Shown: positions 58,497 to 64,000 of the stretch, one piece after another
Numbering within the stretch: position 1 is the first letter of the stretch
Layout: each line of letters opens with the position of its first letter
Source: Candidatus Acidiferrum sp.
GTDB lineage: Bacteria > Acidobacteriota > Terriglobia > Acidiferrales > UBA7541
Direction of reading: 5' to 3'
Length of the DNA stretch: 64,000 bases
Assembly: GCA_035704085.1 (NCBI GenBank)
Contig: DASSXG010000032.1
Span: 32,748-96,747, forward strand
The notes under the pieces: generated by a model
What the model saw: only the letters and a program-made list of their open reading frames with translations
What the model was told of the DNA's origin: nothing
Database searches by the model: none
Translations under genes and position numbers: made by a program

Positions 58497-59954
58497 TCAG
58501 CTTTGGGATTGCAATTTCTTCTTCTGCGAGCCTTTCTGTTTGTAGAGCGCTCGGTCAGCCGCTCCCAGAAGTTCCTCGACGGTAGATCCATTTTGCGGAT
58601 AGATCGCCGTGCCGCTACTCACGGAGAGCGCTGGCGTCTCGCCGTCTTCCCGGAGCCGGTCGGAAATTCGTTGTGCTACCTGCTGTGCTTCTTTCAACTC
58701 CGTTTCTGCCAGCACCAGCACGAATTCGTCTCCCCCGTATCGTGCGGCGGTATCAATCGCGCGAGAATGCAGCCGCAAGACGTCCGCTACCCGACAGAGC
58801 GCCCGGCTTCCTACCAGATGGCCATACGCGTCATTGATTTTCTTTAAGCCGTCGAGGTCCAGCAGTATGATCGCAAAAGGTCTCCTGGTCCTTCCGTACC
58901 TCTTGATCTCTGCCTCCAATGCCTCAAGAAGCCTCCGGTAGTTGGCCAGCCCTGTGAGGGGGTCTGTAACTACCAGCTCCCGTACGTGCTCCTCCGCGCG
59001 CCTGTGCTCTGTAACTTCAGCTGCCAGTACCAAGCTGGTAACTGCCATGATGCCCATGAATGTTTGCACTAGCAGCAGCGATGTGTTTTGAGATTCTCTG
59101 GCGAACGGGCCAAATCCGTGCAGCGTGCCCAAGGTAGCAATCGCCGCCAACAAAAAAGTTGCGGTCGCCGCTTTTCTTCGCCCAAACCGGAACGCTGCCC
59201 AGCCTAGAAATGGAATGCAAAGATATTCGAACGGATAGTTCTTCAGCGCTGGTTGAAAAAATCCGCCGAAAACAATCCAACCGGTTGAAAAAAGTCCCAA
59301 GAACAGGATTCCCAGCTCGATGATCTGTCGGCGGTTCCAATCCAGGCGCGGATTCTGCCACCACAATACCAACAACGGTGTAACTACCACCGCGCCCACC
59401 GCGTCTCCCAGCCACCACGTCCGCCAAATGGCCGCATACTTCGACCAGTCCGCGAAGCCGCTCAGGGCAAGGGTTGTTACTCCCAGCGTGGCGCTCAAAG
59501 CGGTGCTGAACATTCCTCCGAGGAGCGCAAATTTGAATACATTTTGCGCTTTCTCAAAGGCACGCTGGCCATCTGCAAACCGGCTTACCAAATAGCAGCC
59601 CGCCACACCTTCCAGCGTATTTCCGGTGGCAATTCCTATGGATGTCGCAAATGATCCAGCAGTGGTTAGATTTACCAGGAATGCGCCGGCCAGGATCGCC
59701 GGCCATACGCGATAACCGAAAATCAGGAGGGCCGCAAGCGCAATTCCGGTGCAGGGCCATACCGCGGACGCGCTGGCGTTTACGGAGGCAAGTTTCAGCC
59801 CAAGCTTTCCGGCGACGAAATAGGCTGCCGTCAATGCCGCCAGAAGGGCCGCATCCCTGAAGACGCGTGAACGGAACATCGCCGTCGCTCCTTTCGGAAG
59901 AGCGCGCGTTGAGCCCAGGCCGGACTGCCGTTCGGGCCCATTCTCTCCGTTCAA
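58497..59954 (-). CDS. MASE1-GGDEF diguanylate cyclase (alternative start 59879)
   Basis: MASE1 YFVAGKLGL...VWPCTG...WWLGDAVG; TDPLTGLAN, DLDGLKKINDAYGH, I-site RAID, RYGGDEF, ADRALY..K. Confidence 0.92.
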   Translation of the reverse strand: MNGENGPERQSGLGSTRALPKGATAMFRSRVFRDAALLAALTAAYFVAGKLGLKLASVNASASAVWPCTGIALAALLIFGYRVWPAILAGAFLVNLTTAGSFATSIGIATGNTLEGVAGCYLVSRFADGQRAFEKAQNVFKFALLGGMFSTALSATLGVTTLALSGFADWSKYAAIWRTWWLGDAVGAVVVTPLLVLWWQNPRLDWNRRQIIELGILFLGLFSTGWIVFGGFFQPALKNYPFEYLCIPFLGWAAFRFGRRKAATATFLLAAIATLGTLHGFGPFARESQNTSLLLVQTFMGIMAVTSLVLAAEVTEHRRAEEHVRELVVTDPLTGLANYRRLLEALEAEIKRYGRTRRPFAIILLDLDGLKKINDAYGHLVGSRALCRVADVLRLHSRAIDTAARYGGDEFVLVLAETELKEAQQVAQRISDRLREDGETPALSVSSGTAIYPQNGSTVEELLGAADRALYKQKGSQKKKLQSQS

Positions 59955-60021
59955 ATTCCCCCTTACAAGCTACTAAGCCTATAGTTTGAAACACTTTAGT
60001 GGAGAAGTGCAATAGCCCGTC

Positions 60022-60267
60022 AAGGGGTGTTTTCAGCTCGATACCCCCTTCCTAGGGTACCCAAGGAAGGGCCCGGTGGCTCCCCTCGTCCGTGCCGGGG
60101 GGCGTTCGCCTCGCCGGATCCGACCGCGGAGGTCCCCGCTTCCGTCGCGACCAGAAAGCCGGCAATTGACGTCCAGCACGGTGACTTAGGTGAGCACTGA
60201 CGCAGGGTGGCCGTAGACTGCCGACTTGTCGGAGCCGGAGATTCCGACCGGTGGAAAGGTGCCCCCA
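60022..60267. ncRNA. Candidate structured RNA of unknown class
   Basis: Several nested helices and a 26-nt near-perfect palindrome in a GC-rich intergenic stretch; no recognisable family consensus. Confidence 0.3.
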
Positions 60268-60280
60268 TACCTCCTGTTTC

Positions 60281-60329
60281 GTTCCTATTTCTATTTTTCA
60301 ATCTCTAGTTTTACCTTTTCAGTTTCTAC
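60281..60329. repeat. Degenerate 7-bp tandem array
   Basis: tttctat ttttcaa tctctag ttttacc ttttcag tttctac. Confidence 0.55.
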
Positions 60330-60631
60330 CTTTTTTCTTTCCCTCCGTACCACGTCACCTTCCCGTCCACCACGTTGCCCAAGTACCGTCCCGCCGAAAG
60401 AAACTGCATCACCTTGTGTCCCTCACGCGCCAATTGCGCCCAGCGGGATCCCGTCTCCGGATTCTGCTCCAAGCCCCGCAACACCTGCCCCTCGAACACA
60501 AAATCCACTTCCCGCAATTTCTTTCGCGGCGTCTCCCGCACCGCAAACTTCTGCCCTTCCAGCTCTACCTCCGTTTTCCCTTCCACCAACGCTCCTCGCC
60601 ACACTGCCACCATTGCCTCCTCCAGCGTCAT
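60326..60631 (-). CDS. Hypothetical protein
   Basis: RBS GGAGG; 101-aa globular-looking ORF (GLEQNPETGSRWA..A..G.KVMQF). Confidence 0.75.
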   Translation of the reverse strand: MTLEEAMVAVWRGALVEGKTEVELEGQKFAVRETPRKKLREVDFVFEGQVLRGLEQNPETGSRWAQLAREGHKVMQFLSAGRYLGNVVDGKVTWYGGKEKR

Positions 60632-60663
60632 TCTTTCCTCCTTCCCGCGAACCTAACGCTTGA

Positions 60664-60867
60664 CTAAGGTCTGGTGCATTTGGCAACGATAAGCGTAATG
60701 TCGTCGTGCTGTTCTAGAAGACAGAGTTGAGACCCTGGAACGCTGCTTTCGTGATGGTGGACGTGGCACCCGCTGAACTTCCGTACTTCCTCGACCACCG
60801 CAGTCAACATCTCCTTCGAAGGCTTTTCACAGTTTCGTGGCAAGGCTTGGGCTAGCCATCGCCGCGA
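60664..60867 (-). pseudogene. C-terminal remnant of a SpoIIE/PP2C (RsbU-like) phosphatase
   Basis: Hand translation: WLAQALPRNCEKPSKEMLTAVVEEVRKFS[GCHVHHHESSVPGSQLCLL]EQHDDITLIVAKCTRP*; an in-frame stop lies immediately upstream. Confidence 0.7.
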
Positions 60868-61230
60868 TTATATCTTTCGCTCGCGAACAGTGGGAAGGGC
60901 CGAGGGGTAACGATGCTCGACCCAGGGACAAGTGCCAGACTGTGTAAACGCTGCCATCGGCCGAGGGCAAGAACGAGGAGAGATCAGGAGTGGCTGGCTA
61001 CCCATGCGACGAGAGATTGACAGGAGACGAGTTGAGACCTATGGTTTCGCATAGAGAAAAGGCTGAATTAGAGGATTCCGGAGCAGGGGACAGCAAGAGC
61101 CGAAGCCGCGGACGCGGCGGTATCCCGCGTGAGCGTTTGAGAGTTTTCCAAGCAAGGATGTATCAGGGCCGGATTTTCCTATAGCGCCGCGGCCGACGCA
61201 GGCTAGGCAGAATGCGAAAGGAGAATTCCA

Positions 61231-62229
61231 ATGAGGAAACATGGGGCGAAGTTCGTGGCCGTTCTTTTTCTCGTTGGGGCAGGGCTGATCGGTTCGTGCG
61301 CGAAGCCCTACCACCAGGAAAACGAACGCTATGTTCTGGTAGCTACGAATATCAACTTGCCGTACTGGCAGAACGCGGAAGCAGGGTTTCTAGAGGCGGC
61401 TAAAGCCATGGGCGTAAAGGCTGAACTCATGGGTCCGCCGGGGTACCAGCCAAACGCCGAGCTAGGAACGTTCCGCCAGGCGGTGGAACAGAGCCCCGCG
61501 GGAATCTGCCTGTCTGCGGGGAGACCAGAACTTTTCCAGGCGGAGATCGACAAGGCGATTGCACAAGGCATCCCAGTCATCTGCGTGGATGCGGATGTGC
61601 CGGGTTCGAAGCGGGTGCTATACATCGGAACGGATAACGTCAAGGCCGGAAGAGAGAGCCTCAAGCAGATGGCGAAGCTCCTTCCAGGTAAAGGGAGCAT
61701 CGTGGTTCTCACGATTCCGGGACAGGTTAACCTGGACGATCGAGTTGCGGGAGTTGCGGATGCGCTGAAGAATTTCCCGGCCCTGAAGCTGACAAAGATC
61801 TTGGATGACAAGGGCGATCCGCGAAGCGCCAACGACCAAGTGGCCGCATTGATAGAGAAGAAAGAAAAAATAGACGGAATCATTTGCCTGGAGGCCACGG
61901 GCGGCTCCGGGGCCGCCGAAGCGCTGCATCGCTTGAATATGGACGGGAAGCTGCCGATTGTGGCGTTCGACGATGACCCGGAGACACTGGATTGGATCGA
62001 GCGCGGCGCGATTGCCGCCACGATCGCTCAGAAGCCCTACGTCATGAGCTATTACGGTCTGAAATTACTCGACGACTTGCACCACAACGCAGTCCACCAA
62101 TTCAAAGATTGGCGTACGGCCCTGGCGCCGCCAATGCCCACGTTCGTGGATACCGGCACGGTGGTCGTGGATAAGAATAATCTTAAAATCTACCGCGAAG
62201 GTCTGCCCACTCGCGCCAAGCCGATGTAG
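61231..62229 (+). CDS. Sugar ABC-type periplasmic binding lipoprotein (RbsB-like)
   Basis: RBS AAAGGAG; lipobox LIGSC; LPYW, GIPVICVDAD, YIGTDN..AG, IVAFD, ATIAQKPY. Confidence 0.88.
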   Translation: MRKHGAKFVAVLFLVGAGLIGSCAKPYHQENERYVLVATNINLPYWQNAEAGFLEAAKAMGVKAELMGPPGYQPNAELGTFRQAVEQSPAGICLSAGRPELFQAEIDKAIAQGIPVICVDADVPGSKRVLYIGTDNVKAGRESLKQMAKLLPGKGSIVVLTIPGQVNLDDRVAGVADALKNFPALKLTKILDDKGDPRSANDQVAALIEKKEKIDGIICLEATGGSGAAEALHRLNMDGKLPIVAFDDDPETLDWIERGAIAATIAQKPYVMSYYGLKLLDDLHHNAVHQFKDWRTALAPPMPTFVDTGTVVVDKNNLKIYREGLPTRAKPM

Positions 62230-62260
62230 AAATAGAAGTCTGGTCGACCCGCCCGCGGCG

Positions 62261-64000
62261 CTATTCGTACCGCAGAGCGACCAGGGGATCGACTCGTGTC
62301 GCGCGATGGGCGGGGATGTAGCAGGCCAGCAGGGCAACGGCCATCAGCAAGAGAGTGATGGAGATGTAAGTGAGCGGGTCGGTAGGACTGACGCCGTAGA
62401 GCAGCGTGGAGGCGAGACGGGTGACCGGTAGGGCGACCACCACACCCAATACGGCGCCGACCACCGCCAAGAGCATGCCTTGTCTGAGCACAAGCGCGAG
62501 CACCTGCTTGGACTGAGCTCCCAGTGCCATGCGGATACCAATTTCGCTGGTGCGCTGCGAGACGGAATAGGAAAGGACGCCATAGATTCCGATGGATGCG
62601 AGGATAAGCGCAAGTAAGCCGAAGAGGCCGAGCAGGGCCGCGCCCATGCGTGAAGGCCAGAGAGCCTGAGCGAGAGTCTGGCCGATGGTTTGGCCGTTGG
62701 TGAGCGCGAGGTTGTGGTCGAGCTGGTTGACCTGAACGCGAACTGCGCCCATGAGCGCTTCCGGATCTCCGGTAGTCCGAACGACGAGAGTGGCGAGAGG
62801 CGAGTATTGCTGGCGCAACGGAAAGTAAGCGACGGGCTGGGGATCTTCACCGATTTGGCCGACGACAGTAGTTCCGACGACGCCCACGACTTCGTACTTG
62901 GTGGGATCCACGACGATGAAGAAATGTTTCCCAACGGGTTCCTGGCCGGGCCAGAGGAGATTCGCCATTGCTTTATTGACGACAGCCACGGGAGTGGTTT
63001 TTTCGCGATCGAAGTCATTGAAATCGCGGCCACCCAAGACGGGGATGTGCGCTGTGGAGAAGAAAGCCGGAGTGACGTTATTTAAGACAACGAGAGTGCC
63101 GCGATTGTTGGGATCGGTTTGTTCCCCTTCGCGGAAGATGGTGCCGGCGAGTCCGCCGCCAAAGCCGATGAGCCCGTTGGAGGAAATGGCGGCATCGGCG
63201 ACGCCGGGAAGGGACTTGGCGCGCTCGACGGCGTCGCGGAAGAATTGCTGGCCGTGAGCGGGGTCATAGCGAAGAGCGCCGAGATCGAATCCGTATTGAA
63301 AAAGATCCTTGGATTCGAAGCCAGGATTGATTTCCTGGGCCCTCTGCATGCTGCGCAGGAACAAACCCGCCCCGACCAGCGCGACCAAAGCGAGACCAAT
63401 CTCGAAAACCACCAGCAAGCTGCGCATACGATTGTGAGCCCAGCCGAATGTTCCGCCACGACCGCCGACTTTCAGAATCTCGTTCAAGTCGATATTGGAA
63501 GCTTTGATGGCAGGGATGGTGCCGAAAATCAAGCCGGTGAGAACAGAGACAACGAGAGTAAAGAAGAGGACGCGAGAATCGAAGGAGAGGTCCATCGAGC
63601 CATCCGGCAAGAACGGCGGCCGGAAAGACCACAGAATTTTACGGCCCCAGAAAGCAATCACCAGACCGGCTACACCGCCCAGGAGAGAGAGGAGGGTGCT
63701 TTCAGTCAAGAGTTGGGAAACCAGCCGCCAGCGGTTTGCGCCGATGGCGGCGCGAATGGTCATTTCCTTTTCGCGTTGCGCGGACTGCGCGAGGAGCAGA
63801 TTTGCAAGGTTGACACAAGCGATGAGGAGGACCATGCCAACGACGGACATTAAAACCCCGCCGGCGCGAGAGAACTGTTTACGTTGATTGATGCCGAGCG
63901 CGGATTCATTGAGCGAGTAGAGTTCGCAAGTGCGGCCCTTGTTGTCGCGGGGATATTCCTTTTCGAGACCCGCGGCCATGGTCTTGAGAGCTGCGCGCGC
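62261..64000 (-). CDS. MacB/FtsX-type duplicated ABC permease (ADOP family; partial, starts beyond the right edge)
   Basis: [15 protein letters not shown]...[10 protein letters not shown]; [25 protein letters not shown]; ending [14 protein letters not shown]. Confidence 0.92.
   Translation of the reverse strand, partial: ARAALKTMAAGLEKEYPRDNKGRTCELYSLNESALGINQRKQFSRAGGVLMSVVGMVLLIACVNLANLLLAQSAQREKEMTIRAAIGANRWRLVSQLLTESTLLSLLGGVAGLVIAFWGRKILWSFRPPFLPDGSMDLSFDSRVLFFTLVVSVLTGLIFGTIPAIKASNIDLNEILKVGGRGGTFGWAHNRMRSLLVVFEIGLALVALVGAGLFLRSMQRAQEINPGFESKDLFQYGFDLGALRYDPAHGQQFFRDAVERAKSLPGVADAAISSNGLIGFGGGLAGTIFREGEQTDPNNRGTLVVLNNVTPAFFSTAHIPVLGGRDFNDFDREKTTPVAVVNKAMANLLWPGQEPVGKHFFIVVDPTKYEVVGVVGTTVVGQIGEDPQPVAYFPLRQQYSPLATLVVRTTGDPEALMGAVRVQVNQLDHNLALTNGQTIGQTLAQALWPSRMGAALLGLFGLLALILASIGIYGVLSYSVSQRTSEIGIRMALGAQSKQVLALVLRQGMLLAVVGAVLGVVVALPVTRLASTLLYGVSPTDPLTYISITLLLMAVALLACYIPAHRATRVDPLVALRYE

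Noticed and set aside
60097-60267. tmRNA, SRP RNA, group II intron domain V or c-di-AMP riboswitch identity for the structured element
   Set aside because: Only short partial resemblances (GGGGGCG...GGATCCGAC; GGAAGCGGGGACC); the diagnostic T-arm/CCA, SRP helix 8, DV and 3' riboswitch motifs are missing.
60020-60301. 93-aa minus-strand ORF with AGGAGG next to an ATG
   Set aside because: The SD is only 1 nt from the ATG, the product is low-complexity with no motif, and the region is better explained as structured non-coding sequence.
59955-61230. Canonical oriC at the skew switch
   Set aside because: No TTATCCACA cluster, no clear unwinding element and no dnaA/dnaN/gyrB nearby; the isolated near-boxes at about 31426 and 51160 are not clustered.
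1-64000. CRISPR arrays, rRNA, tRNA, prophage, retron/DGR or anti-phage defence genes
   Set aside because: I saw no regularly spaced repeats, cloverleafs, reverse transcriptase or phage hallmark proteins; a short RNA gene could still be missed by eye.

Overview
A GC-rich bacterial chromosomal segment, most likely Acidobacteriota. That is an inference from the acidobacterial-type duplicated ABC permease, the carboxypeptidase-regulatory-domain TonB receptor and the general gene repertoire. It holds about 65 genes. Core metabolism: cobO-accD-folC-purE-purK, hslV-hslU, acyl-CoA carboxylase subunits, a SurA-like PPIase and rpmB. Accessory content: a putative (acyl)polyamine uptake locus (TonB receptor, MerR-XRE-cupin regulator, two exported amidohydrolases, PotDABC-type ABC transporter), an MBL hydrolase fused to PilZ, a Tat-exported vanadium haloperoxidase homolog with a rewritten vanadate-binding motif, a four-gene type IV minor pilin cluster, a VapBC toxin-antitoxin pair, a MASE1-GGDEF cyclase and an internally deleted IS481-like element. 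Non-coding signals include REP-like repeats, heptamer tandem arrays, several apparently leaderless genes, a strongly base-paired ~250-nt element upstream of the GGDEF gene, and a sharp C-rich to G-rich strand-skew switch near 60.7-60.9 kb that coincides with a truncated PP2C phosphatase remnant. I saw no rRNA, tRNA or CRISPR array. All calls come from reading motifs by eye; no database searches were run. Many start codons were moved downstream of the ORF-track starts on the basis of RBS, signal peptide or overlap evidence.
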